NCBI GenBank assembly: GCA_964016885.1
Contig: OZ024740.1
Span: forward strand, 11,718,001 to 11,782,000
Reading direction: 5' to 3'
Length of the DNA: 64,000 bases
Origin: Eledone cirrhosa
Taxonomy: Eukaryota
The notes under the pieces are model-generated. The model was not told where the DNA came from. It ran no database searches and saw only the letters and a list, made by a program, of their open reading frames with translations. The translations under genes were made by a program, and so were the position numbers. Each line of letters opens with the position of its first letter. Positions within the stretch are counted from its first letter, which is position 1. Below, one piece after another: positions 29,201 to 44,099 of this stretch.

Positions 29201-32200
29201 TCATAATGTCTATAGTAGTCAACACATTATTGTGATAATGTCTATAGTAGTCAACAACACTATTGTGATAATGTCTATAGTAGTCAACAACAGTATTGTG
29301 ATAATGTCTATAGTAGTCAACAACACTATCGTGATAATGTCTATAGTAGTCAACAACACTATTGTGATAATGTCTATAGTAGTCAACAACAGTATTGTGA
29401 TAATGTCTATAGTAGTCAACACACTATTGTGATACTGTCTATAATAGTCAACACACTATTGTGATAATGTATATAGTAAACAAAACTATTGTGATAATGT
29501 CTATAGTAGTCAGCAACAGTATTGTGATAATGTCTATAGTAGTCAACACATTACAGTGATAATGTCTATAGTAGTCAACAACAGTATTGTGATAATGTCT
29601 ATAGTAGTCAACACACTATTGTGATAATGTATATAGTAGTCAACAATACTATTGTGATAATGTCTATAGTAGTCAACAACAGTATTGTGATAATGTCTAT
29701 AGTAGTCAACACACTATTGTGATACTGTCTATAGTAGTCAACACACTATTGTGATAATGTATATAGTAGTCAACAACAGTATTGTGATAATGTCTATAGT
29801 AGTCAACAACACTATTGTGATAATGTCTATAGTAGTCAACACATTATTGTGATAATGTCTATAGTAGTCAACACACTATTGTGATAATGTCTATAGTAGT
29901 CAACAACACTATTGTGAGAATGTCTATAGCAGTCAACACATTATTGTGATACTGTCTATAGTAGTCAACAACACTATTGTGATAATGTCTATAGTAGTCA
30001 ACAACACTATTGTGATAATGTCTATAGTAGTCAACACATTATTGTGATAATGTCTATGGTAGTCAACACACTATTGTGATAATATCTATAGTAGTCAACA
30101 CACTATTGTGATAATGTCTATAGTAGTCAACAACACTATTGTGATAATGTCTATAGTAGTCAACAACACTATTGTGATGATGTCTATAGTAGTCAACAAC
30201 ACTATCGTGATAATGTCTATAGTAGTCAACACATTATTGTGATAATGTCTATAGTAGTCAACACATTATTGTGATAATGTCTATAGTAGTCAACAACACT
30301 ATTGTAATAATGTCTATAGTAGTCAACACATTATTGTGATAATGGCTATAGTAGTCAACAACACTATTGTGATAATGTCTATAGTAGTCAACAACATTAT
30401 TGTCATAATGTCTGTAGTAGACAACACATTATTGTGATAATGTCTATAGTAGTCAACAACACTATTGTGATAATGTCTATAGTAGTCAACACACTATTGT
30501 GATAATGTCTATAGTAGTCAACAACACTATTGTGATAATGTCTATAGCAGTCAACACATTATTGTGATACTGTCTATAGTAGTCAACAACACTATTGTCA
30601 TAATGTCTATAGTAGTCAACAACAGTATTGTGATAATGTCTATCGTAGTCAACAACACTATCGTGATAATGTCTATAGTAGTCAACAACACTATTGTGAT
30701 AATGTCTATAGTAGTCAACAACAGTATTGTGATAATGTCTATAGTAGTCAACACACTATTGTGATACTGTCTATTATAGTCAACACACTATTGTGATAAT
30801 GTATATAGTAGTCAACAAAACTATTGTGATAATGTCTATAGTAGTCAACACATTATTGTGATAATGTCTATAGTAGTCAACAACAGTATTGTGATAATGT
30901 CTATAGTAGTCAACAACATTATTGTCATAATGTCTATAGTAGTCAACACATTATTGTGATAATGTCTATAGTAGTCAACAACACTATTGTGATAATGTCT
31001 ATAGTAGTCAACAACAGTATTGTGATAATGTCTATAGTAGTCAACAACACTATCGTGATAATGTCTATAGTAGTCAACAACACTATTGTGATAATGTCTA
31101 TAGTAGTCAACAACAGTATTGTGATAATGTCTATAGTAGTCAACACACTATTGTGATACTGTCTATAATAGTCAACACACTATTGTGATAATGTATATAG
31201 TAGTCAACAAAGCTATTGTGATAATGTCTATAGTAGTCAACAACAGTATTGTGATAATGTCTATAGTAGTCAACACATTACAGTGATAATGTCTATAGTA
31301 GTCAACAACAGTATTGTGATAATGTCTATAGTAGTCAACACACTATTGTGATAATGTATATAGTAGTCAACAATACTATTGTGATAATGTCTATAGTAGT
31401 CAACAACAGTATTGTGATAATGTCTATAGTAGTCAACACACTATTGTGATACTGTCTATAGTAGTCAACACACTATTGTGATAATGTCTATAGTAGTCAA
31501 CAACAGTATTGTGATAATGTCTATAGTAGTCAACACACTATTGTGATACTGTCTATAATAGTCAACACACTATTGTGATAATGTATATAGTAAACAAAAC
31601 TATTGTGATAATGTCTATAGTAGTCAGCAACAGTATTGTGATAATGTCTATAGTAGTCAACACATTACAGTGATAATGTCTATAGTAGTCAACAACAGTA
31701 TTGTGATAATGTCTATAGTAGTCAACACACTATTGTGATAATGTATATAGTAGTCAACAATACTATTGTGATAATGTCTATAGTAGTCAACAACAGTATT
31801 GTGATAATGTCTATAGTAGTCAACACACTATTGTGATACTGTCTATAGTAGTCAACACACTATTGTGATAATGTATATAGTAGTCAACAACAGTATTGTG
31901 ATAATGTCTATAGTAGTCAACAACACTATTGTGATAATGTCTATAGTAGTCAACACATTATTGTGATAATGTCTATAGTAGTCAACACACTATTGTGATA
32001 ATGTCTATAGTAGTCAACAACACTATTGTGAGAATGTCTATAGCAGTCAACACATTATTGTGATACTGTCTATAGTAGTCAACAACACTATTGTGATAAT
32101 GTCTATAGTAGTCAACAACACTATTGTGATAATGTCTATAGTAGTCAACACATTATTGTGATAATGTCTATAGTAGTCAACAACAGTATTGTGATAATGT

Positions 32201-35200
32201 CTATGGTAGTCAACACACTATTGTGATAATATCTATAGTAGTCAACACACTATTGTGATAATGTCTATAGTAGTCAACAACACTATTGTGATAATGTCTA
32301 TAGTAGTCAACAACACTATTGTGATGATGTCTATAGTAGTCAACAACACTATCGTGATAATGTCTATAGTAGTCAACACATTATTGTGATAATGTCTATA
32401 GTAGTCAACACATTATTGTGATAATGTCTATAGTAGTCAACAACACTATTGTAATAATGTCTATAGTAGTCAACACATTATTGTGATAATGGCTATAGTA
32501 GTCAACAACACTATTGTGATAATGTCTATAGTAGTCAACAACATTATTGTCATAATGTCTGTAGTAGACAACACATTATTGTGATAATGTCTATAGTAGT
32601 CAACAACACTATTGTGATAATGTCTATAGTAGTCAACACACTATTGTGATAATGTCTATAGTAGTCAACAACACTATTGTGATAATGTCTATAGCAGTCA
32701 ACACATTATTGTGATACTGTCTATAGTAGTCAACAACACTATTGTCATAATGTCTATAGTAGTCAACAACAGTATTGTGATAATGTCTATCGTAGTCAAC
32801 AACACTATCGTGATAATGTCTATAGTAGTCAACAACACTATTGTGATAATGTCTATAGTAGTCAACAACAGTATTGTGATAATGTCTATAGTAGTCAACA
32901 CACTATTGTGATACTGTCTATTATAGTCAACACACTATTGTGATAATGTATATAGTAGTCAACAAAACTTTTGTGATAATGTCTATAGTAGTCAACACAT
33001 TATTGTGATAATGTCTATAGTAGTCAACAACAGTATTGTGATAATGTCTATAGTAGTCAACAACATTATTGTCATAATGTCTATAGTAGTCAACACATTA
33101 TTGTGATAATGTCTATAGTAGTCAACAACACTATTGTGATAATGTCTATAGTAGTCAACAACAGTATTGTGATAATGTCTATAGTAGTCAACAACACTAT
33201 CGTGATAATGTCTATAGTAGTCAACAACACTATTGTGATAATGTCTATAGTAGTCAACAACAGTATTGTGATAATGTCTATAGTAGTCAACACACTATTG
33301 TGATACTGTCTATAATAGTCAACACACTATTGTGATAATGTATATAGTAGTCAACAAAGCTATTGTGATAATGTCTATAGTAGTCAACAACAGTATTGTG
33401 ATAATGTCTATAGTAGTCAACACATTACAGTGATAATGTCTATAGTAGTCAACAACAGTATTGTGATAATGTCTATAGTAGTCAACACACTATTGTGATA
33501 ATGTATATAGTAGTCAACAATACTATTGTGATAATGTCTATAGTAGTCAACAACAGTATTGTGATAATGTCTATAGTAGTCAACACACTATTGTGATACT
33601 GTCTATAGTAGTCAACACACTATTGTGATAATGTATATAGTAGTCAACAACAGTATTGTGATAATGTCTATAGTAGTCAACAACACTATTGTGATAATGT
33701 CTATAGTAGTCAACACATTATTGTGATAATGTCTATAGTAGTCAACACACTATTGTGATAATGTCTATAGTAGTCAACAACACTATTGTGAGAATGTCTA
33801 TAGCAGTCAACACATTATTGTGATGCTGTCTATAGTAGTCAACAACACTATTGTGATAATGTCTATAGTAGTCAACAACACTATTGTGATAATGTCTATA
33901 GTAGTCAACACATTATTGTGATAATGTCTATAGTAGTCAACAACAGTATTGTGATAATGTCTATGGTAGTCAACACACTATTGTGATAATGTCTATAGTA
34001 GTCAACACACTATTGTGATAATGTCTATAGTAGTCAACAACACTATTGTGATAATGTCTATAGTAGTCAACAACACTATTGTGATGATGTCTATAGTAGT
34101 CAACAACACTATTGTGATAATGTCTATAGTAGTCAACAACACTATTGTGATAATGTCTATAGTAGTCAACAACACTATTGTGATAATGTCTATAGTAGTC
34201 AACACATTATTGTAATAATGTCTATAGTAGTCAACAACACTATTGTGATAATGTCTATAGTAGTCAACACATTATTGTGATAATGTCTATAGTAGTCAAC
34301 AACACTATTGTGATAATGTCTATAGTAGTCAACAACACTATTCTGATAACGCCTATAGTAGTCAACAACACTATTGTGATAATGTCTATAGTAGTCAACA
34401 CATTATTGTGATAATGTCTATAGTAGTCAACAACAGTATTGTGATAATGTCTATAGTAGTCAACAACAGTATTGTGATAATGTCTATAGTAGTCAACAAC
34501 ACTATTGTGATAATGTCTATAATAGTCAACACATTATTGTGATAATGTCTATAGTAGTCAACACACTATTGTGATAATGTCTATAGTAGTCAACAACACT
34601 ATTGTGATAATGTCTGTAGCAGTCAACACATTATTGTGATACTGTCTATAGTAGTCAACAATACTATTGTGATAATGTCTATAGTAGTCAACAACAGTAT
34701 TGTGATAATGTCTATAGTAGTCAACACATCATTGTGATAATGTCTATAGTAGTCAACAACACTATTGTGATAATGTCTATAGTAGTCAACACATTATTGT
34801 GATAATGTCTATAGTAGTCAACAACACTATTGTGATAATGTCTATAGTAGTCAACAACATTATTGTCATAATGTCTATAGTAGTCAACACATTATTGTGA
34901 TAATGTCTATAGGAGTCAACAACACTATTGTGATAATGTCTATAGTAGTCAACAACAGTATTGTGATAATGTCTATAGTAGTCAACAACACTATCGTGAT
35001 AATGTCTATAGTAGTCAACACATTATTGTGATAATGTCTATAGTAGTCAACAACAGTATTGTGATAATGTCTATAGTAGTCAACAACACTATTCTGATAA
35101 CGCCTATAGTAGTCAACAACACTATTGTGATAATGTCTATAGTAGTCAACACATTATTGTGATAATGTCTATAGTATTCAACAACAGTATTGTGATAATG

Positions 35201-35539
35201 TCTATAGTAGTTAACAACACTATTGTGATAATGTCTATAATAGTCAACACATTATTGTGATAATGTCTATAGTAGTCAACACACTATTGTGATAATGTCT
35301 ATAGTAGTCAACAACACTATTGTGATAATGTCTATAGCAGTCAACACATTATTGTGATACTGTCTATAGTAGTCAACAACACTATTGTGATAATGTCTAT
35401 AGTAGTCAACAACACTATTGTGATAATGTCTATAGTAGTCAACACATTATTGTGATAATGTCTATAGTAGTCAACAACAGTATTGTGATAATGTCTATAG
35501 TAGTCAACAACATTATTGTCATAATGTCTATAGTAGTCA

Positions 35540-38500
35540 ACACATTATTGTGATAATGTCTATAGTAGTCAACAACACTATTGTGATAATGTCTATAGTA
35601 GTCAACAACAGTATTGTGATAATGTCTATAGTAGTCAACAACACTATCGTGATAATGTCTATAGTAGTCAACAACACTATTGTGATAATGTCTATAGTAG
35701 TCAACAACAGTATTGTGATAATGTCTATAGTAGTCAACACACTATTGTGATACTGTCTATAATAGTCAACACACTATTGTGATAATGTATATAGTAGTCA
35801 ACAATACTATTGTGATAATGTCTATAGTAGTCAACAACAGTATTGTGATAATGTCTATAGTAGTCAACACATTACACTGATAATGTCTATAGTAGTCAAC
35901 AACAGTATTGTGATAATGTCTATAGTAGTCAACACACTATTGTGATAATGTATATAGTAGTCAACAATACTATTGTGATAATGTCTATAGTAGTCAACAA
36001 CAGTATTGTGATAATGTCTATAGTAGTCAACACACTATTGTGATACTGTCTATAGTAGTCAACACACTATTGTGATAATGTATATAGTAGTCAACAACAG
36101 TATTGTGATAATGTCTATAGTAGTCAACAACACTATTGTGATAATGTCTATAGTAGTCAACACATTATTGTGATAATGTCTATAGTAGTCAACACACTAT
36201 TGTGATAATGTCTATAGTAGTCAACAACACTATTGTGAGAATGTCTATAGCAGTCAACACATTATTGTGATACTGTCTATAGTAGTCAACAACACTATTG
36301 TGATAATGTCTATAGTAGTCAACAACACTATTGTGATAATGTCTATAGTAGTCAACACATTATTGTGATAATGTCTATAGTAGTTAACAACAGTATTGTG
36401 ATAATGTCTATGGTAGTCAACACACTATTGTGATAATGTCTATAGTAGTCAACACACTATTGTGATAATGTCTATAGTAGTCAACAACACTATTGTGATA
36501 ATGTCTATAGTAGTCAACAACACTATTGAGATAATGTCTATAGTAGTCAACAACACTATGGTGATAATGTCTATAGTAGTCAACAACAGTATTGTGATAA
36601 TGTCTATAGTAGTCAACAACACTATCATGATAATGTCTATAGTAGTCAACACATTATTGTGATAATGTCTATAGTAGTCAACAACAGTATTGTGATAATG
36701 TCTATAGTAGTCAACAACACTATTCTGATAACGCCTATAGTAGTCAACAACACTATTGTGATGATGTCTATAGTAGTCAACACATTATTGTGATAATGTC
36801 TATAGTAGTCAACAACAGTATTGTGATAATGTCTATAGTAGTCAACAACACTATTGTGATAGTGTCTATAATAGTCAACACATTATTGTGATAATGTCTA
36901 TAGTAGTCAACAACACTATTGTGAGAATGTCTATAGCAGTCAACACATTATTGTGATACTGTCTATAGTAGTCAACAACACTATTGTGATAATGTCTATA
37001 GTAGTCAACAACACTATTGTGATAATGTCTATAGTAGTCAACAACACTATTGTGATAATGTCTATAGTAGTCAACACATTATTGTGATAATGTCTATAGT
37101 AGTCAACAACAGTATTGTGATAATGTCTATGGTAGTCAACACACTATTGTGATAATGTCTATAGTAGTCAACACACTATTGTGATAATGTCTATAGTAGT
37201 CAACAACACTATTGTGATAATGTCTATAGTAGTCAACAACACTATTGTGATGATGTCTATAGTAGTCAACAACACTATCGTGATAATGTCTATAGTAGTC
37301 AACACATTATTGTGATAATGTCTATAGTAGTCAACACATTATTGTGATAATGTCTATAGTAGTCAACAACACTATTGTGATAATGTCTATAGTAGTCAAC
37401 ACATTATTGTGATAATGGCTATAGTAGTCAACAACACTATTGTGATAATGTCTATAGTAGTCAACAACATCATTGTCATAATGTCTATAGTAGTCAACAC
37501 ACTATTGTGATAATGTCTATAGTAGTCAACAACACTATTGTGATAATGTCTATAGCAGTCAACACATTATTGTGATACTGTCTATAGTAGTCAACAACAC
37601 TATTGTGATAATGTCTATAGTAGTCAACAACACTATTGTGAGAATGTCTATAGTAGTCAACACATTATTGTGATAATGTCTATAGTAGTCAACAACAGTA
37701 TTGTGATAATGTCTATAGTAGTCAACAACATTATTGTCATAATGTCTATAGTAGTCAACACATTATTGTGATAATGTCTATAGTAGTCAACAACACTATT
37801 GTGATAATGTCTATAGTAGTCAACAACAGTATTGTGATAATGTCTATAGTAGTCAACAACACTATCGTGATTATGTCTATAGTAGGCAACAACACTATTG
37901 TGATAATGTCTATAGTAAACAAAACTATTGTGATAATGTCTATAGTAGTCAACAACAGTATTGTGATAATGTCTATAGTAGTCAACACATTACAGTGATA
38001 ATGTCTATAGTAGTCAACAACAGTATTGTGATAATGTCTATAGTAGTCAACACACTATTGTGATAATGTATATAGTGGTCAACAATACTATTGTGATAAT
38101 GTCTATAGTAGTCAACAACAGTATTGTGATAATGTCTATAGTAGTCAACACACTATTGTGATACTGTCTATAGTAATCAACACACTATTGTGATAATGTA
38201 TATAGTAGTCAACAACAGTATTGTGATAATGTCTATAGTAGTCAACAACACTATTGTGATAATGTCTATAGTAGTCAACACATTATTGTGATAATGTCTA
38301 TAGTAGTCAACACACTATTGTGATAATGTCTATAGTAGTCAACAACACTATTGTGAGAATGTCTATAGCAGTCAACACATTATTGTGATACTGTCTATAG
38401 TAGTCAACAACACTATTGTGATAATGTCTATAGTAGTCAACAACACTATTGTGATAATGTCTATAGTAGTCAACACATTATTGTGATAATGTCTATAGTA

Positions 38501-41500
38501 GTCAACAACAGTATTGTGATAATGTCTATGGTAGTCAACACACTATTGTGATAATATCTATAGTAGTCAACACACTATTGTGATAATGTCTATAGTAGTC
38601 AACAACACTATTGTGATAATGTCTATAGTAGTCAACAACACTATTGTGATGATGTCTATAGTAGTCAACAACACTATCGTGATAATGTCTATAGTAGTCA
38701 ACACATTATTGTGATAATGTCTATAGTAGTCAACACATTATTGTGATAATGTCTATAGTAGTCAACAACACTATTGTGATAATGTCTATAGTAGTCAACA
38801 CATTATTGTGATAATGGCTATAGTAGTCAACAACACTATTGTGATAATGTCTATAGTAGTCAACAACATTATTGTCATAATGTCTATAGTAGTCAACACA
38901 TTATTGTGATAATGTCTATAGTAGTCAACAACACTATTGTGATAATGTCTATAGTAGTCAACACACTATTGTGATAATGTCTATAGTAGTCAACAACACT
39001 ATTGTGATAATGTCTATAGCAGTCAACACATTATTGTGATACTGTCTATAGTAGTCAACAACACTATTGTGATAATGTCTATAGTAGTCAACAACAGTAT
39101 TGTGATAATGTCTATAGTAGTCAACAACACTATCGTGATAATGTCTATAGTAGTCAACAACACTATTGTGATAATGTCTATAGTAGTCAACAACAGTATT
39201 GTGATAATGTCTATAGTAGTCAACACACTATTGTGATACTGTCTATAATAGTCAACACACTATTGTGATAATGTATATAGTAGTCAACAAAACTATAGTG
39301 ATAATGTCTATAGTAGTCAACACATTATTGTGATAATGTCTATAGTAGTCAACAACAGTATTGTGATAATGTCTATAGTAGTCAACAACACTATTGTGAT
39401 AATGTCTATAGTAGTCAACACATTATTGTGATAATGTCTATAGTAGTCAACAACAGTATTGTGATAATGTCTATGGTAGTCAACACACTATTGTGATAAT
39501 GTCTATAGTAGTCAACACACTATTGTGATAATGTCTATAGTAGTCAACACACTATTGTGATAATGTCTATAGTAGTCAACAACACTATTGTGATAATGTC
39601 TATAGTAGTCAACAACAGTATTGTGATAATGTCTATAGTAGTCAACAACACTATCGTGATAATGTCTATAGTAGTCAACAACACTATTGTGATAATGTCT
39701 ATAGTAGTCAACAACAGTATTGTGATAATGTCTATAGTAGTCAACACACTATTGTGATACTGTCTATAATAGTCAACACACTATTGTGATAATGTATATA
39801 GTAGTCAACAATACTATTGTGATAATGTCTATAGTAGTCAACAACAGTATTGTGATAATGTCTATAGTAGTCAACACATTACACTGATAATGTCTATAGT
39901 AGTCAACAACAGTATTGTGATAATGTCTATAGTAGTCAACACACTATTGTGATAATGTATATAGTAGTCAACAATACTATTGTGATAATGTCTATAGTAG
40001 TCAACAACAGTATTGTGATAATGTCTATAGTAGTCAACACACTATTGTGATACTGTCTATAGTAGTCAACACACTATTGTGATAATGTATATAGTAGTCA
40101 ACAACAGTATTGTGATAATGTCTATAGTAGTCAACAACACTATTGTGATAATGTCTATAGTAGTCAACAACACTATTGTGATAATGTCTATAGTAGTCAA
40201 CACATTATTGTGATAATGTCTATAGTAGTCAACACACTATTGTGATAATGTCTATAGTAGTCAACAACACTATTGTGAGAATGTCTATAGCAGTCAACAC
40301 ATTATTGTGATACTGTCTATAGTAGTCAACAACACTATTGTGATAATGTCTATAGTAGTCAACAACACTATTGTGATAATGTCTATAGTAGTCAACACAT
40401 TATTGTGATAATGTCTATAGTAGTTAACAACAATATTGTGATAATGTCTATGGTAGTCAACACACTATTGTGATAATGTCTATAGTAGTCAACACACTAT
40501 TGTGATAATGTCTATAGTAGTCAACAACATTATTGTGATAATGTCTATAGTAGTCAACAACACTATTGAGATAATGTCTATAGTAGTCAACAACACTATG
40601 GTGATAATGTCTATAGTAGTCAACAACAGTATTGTGATAATGTCTATAGTAGTCAACAACACTATCGTGATAATGTCTATAGTAGTCAACACATTATTGT
40701 GATAATGTCTATAGTAGTCAACAACAGTATTGTGATAATGTCTATAGTAGTCAACAACACTATTCTGATAACGCCTATAGTAGTCAACAACACTATTGTG
40801 ATGATGTCTATAGTAGTCAACACATTATTGTGATAATGTCTATAGTAGTCAACAACAGTATTGTGATAATGTCTATAGTAGTCAACAACACTATTGTGAT
40901 AGTGTCTATAATAGTCAACACATTATTGTGATAATGTCTATAGTAGTCAACAACACTATTGTGAGAATGTCTATAGCAGTCAACACATTATTGTGATACT
41001 GTCTATAGTAGTCAACAACACTATTGTGATAATGTCTATAGTAGTCAACAACACTATTGTGATAATGTCTATAGTAGTCAACAACACTATTGTGATAATG
41101 TCTATAGTAGTCAACACATTATTGTGATAATGTCTATAGTAGTCAACAACAGTATTGTGATAATGTCTATGGTAGTCAACACACTATTGTGATAATGTCT
41201 ATAGTAGTCAACACACTATTGTGATAATGTCTATAGTAGTCAACAACACTATTGTGATAATGTCTATAGTAGTCAACAACACTATTGTGATGATGTCTAT
41301 AGTAGTCAACAACACTATCGTGATAATGTCTATAGTAGTCAACACATTATTGTGATAATGTCTATAGTAGTCAACACATTATTGTGATAATGTCTATAGT
41401 AGTCAACAACACTATTGTGATAATGTCTATAGTAGTCAACACATTATTGTGATAATGGCTATAGTAGTCAACAACACTATTGTGATAATGTCTATAGTAG

Positions 41501-43580
41501 TCAACAACATCATTGTCATAATGTCTATAGTAGTCAACACACTATTGTGATAATGTCTATAGTAGTCAACAACACTATTGTGATAATGTCTATAGCAGTC
41601 AACACATTATTGTGATACTGTCTATAGTAGTCAACAACACTATTGTGATAATGTCTATAGTAGTCAACAACACTATTGTGATAATGTCTATAGTAGTCAA
41701 CACATTATTGTGATAATGTCTATAGTAGTCAACAACAGTATTGTGATAATGTCTATAGTAGTCAACAACATTATTGTCATAATGTCTATAGTAGTCAACA
41801 CATTATTGTGATAATGTCTATAGTAGTCAACAACACTATTGTGATAATGTCTATAGTAGTCAACAACAGTATTGTGATAATGTCTATAGTAGTCAACAAC
41901 ACTATCGTGATTATGTCTATAGTAGTCAACAACACTATTGTGATAATGTCTATAGTAAACAAAACTATTGTGATAATGTCTATAGTAGTCAACAACAGTA
42001 TTGTGATAATGTCTATAGTAGTCAACACATTACAGTGATAATGTCTATAGTAGTCAACAACAGTATTGTGATAATGTCTATAGTAGTCAACACACTATTG
42101 TGATAATGTATATAGTAGTCAACAATACTATTGTGATAATGTCTATAGTAGTCAACAACAGTATTGTGATAATGTCTATAGTAGTCAACACACTATTGTG
42201 ATACTGTCTATAGTAGTCAACACACTATTGTGATAATGTATATAGTAGTCAACAACAGTATTGTGATAATGTCTATAGTAGTCAACAACACTATTGTGAT
42301 AATGTCTATAGTAGTCAACACATTATTGTGATAATGTCTATAGTAGTCAACACACTATTGTGATAATGTCTATAGTAGTCAACAACACTATTGTGAGAAT
42401 GTCTATAGCAGTCAACACATTATTGTGATACTGTCTATAGTAGTCAACAACACTATTGTGATAATGTCTATAGTAGTCAACAACACTATTGTGATAATGT
42501 CTATAGTAGTCAACAACAGTATTGTGATAATGTCTATGGTAGTCAACACACTATTGTGATAATATCTATAGTAGTCAACACACTATTGTGATAATGTCTA
42601 TAGTAGTCAACAACACTATTGTGATAATGTCTATAGTAGTCAACAACACTATTGTGATGATGTCTATAGTAGTCAACAACACTATCGTGATAATGTCTAT
42701 AGTAGTCAACACATTATTGTGATAATGTCTATAGTAGTCAACACATTATTGTGATAATGTCTATAGTAGTCAACAACACTATTGTGATAATGTCTATAGT
42801 AGTCAACACATTATTGTGATAATGGCTATAGTAGTCAACAACACTATTGTGATAATGTCTATAGTAGTCAACAACATTATTGTCATAATGTCTATAGTAG
42901 TCAACACATTATTGTGATAATGTCTATAGTAGTCAACAACACTATTGTGATAATGTCTATAGTAGTCAACACACTATTGTGATAATGTCTATAGTAGTCA
43001 ACAACACTATTGTGATAATGTCTATAGCAGTCAACACATTATTGTGATACTGTCTATAGTAGTCAACAACACTATTGTGATAATGTCTATAGTAGTCAAC
43101 AACAGTATTGTGATAATGTCTATAGTAGTCAACAACACTATCGTGATAATGTCTATAGTAGTCAACAACACTATTGTGATAATGTCTATAGTAGTCAACA
43201 ACAGTATTGTGATAATGTCTATAGTAGTCAACACACTATTGTGATACTGTCTATAATAGTCAACACACTATTGTGATAATGTATATAGTAGTCAACAAAA
43301 CTATAGTGATAATGTCTATAGTAGTCAACACATTATTGTGATAATGTCTATAGTAGTCAACAACAGTATTGTGATAATGTCTATAGTAGTCAACAACACT
43401 ATTGTGATAATGTCTATAGTAGTCAACACATTATTGTGATAATGTCTATAGTAGTCAACAACAGTATTGTGATAATGTCTATGGTAGTCAACACACTATT
43501 GTGATAATGTCTATAGTAGTCAACACACTATTGTGATAATGTCTATAGTAGTCAACACACTATTGTGATAATGTCTATAG
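35540..43580. repeat. Higher-order tandem duplication within the satellite, unit ~4.0 kb
   Basis: ORF offsets are 4007-4040 (35537/39544, 36449/40489, 37755/41795, 39023/43031). Shared private variants include TTACACTGA, GATAGTGTCT, TCGTGATTATG and AAACTATAGTG. Confidence 0.82.
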
Positions 43581-44099
43581 TAGTCAACAACAGTATTGTG
43601 ATAATATCTATAGTAGTCAACACACTATTGTGATAATGTCTATAGTAGTCAACAACACTATTGTGATAATGTCTATAGTAGTCAACAACACTATTGTATG
43701 ATGTCTATAGTAGTCAACAACACTATTGTGATGATGTCTATAGTAGTCAAGAACACTATTGTGATAATGTCTATAGTAGTCAACACATTATTGTGATAAT
43801 GTCTATAGTAGTCAACAACACTATTGTGATAATGTCTATAGTAGTCAACAACACTATTGTATGATGTCTATAGTAGTCAACAACACTATTGTATGATGTC
43901 TATAGTAGTCAACAACACTATTGTGATGATGTCTATAGTAGTCAAGAACACTATTGTGATAATGTCTATAGTAGTCAACACATTATTGTGATAATGTCTA
44001 TAGTAGTCAACAACACTATTGTGATAATGTCTATAGTAGTCAACACATTATTGTGATAATGTCTATAGTAGTCAACAACGCTATTGTGATAATGTCTAT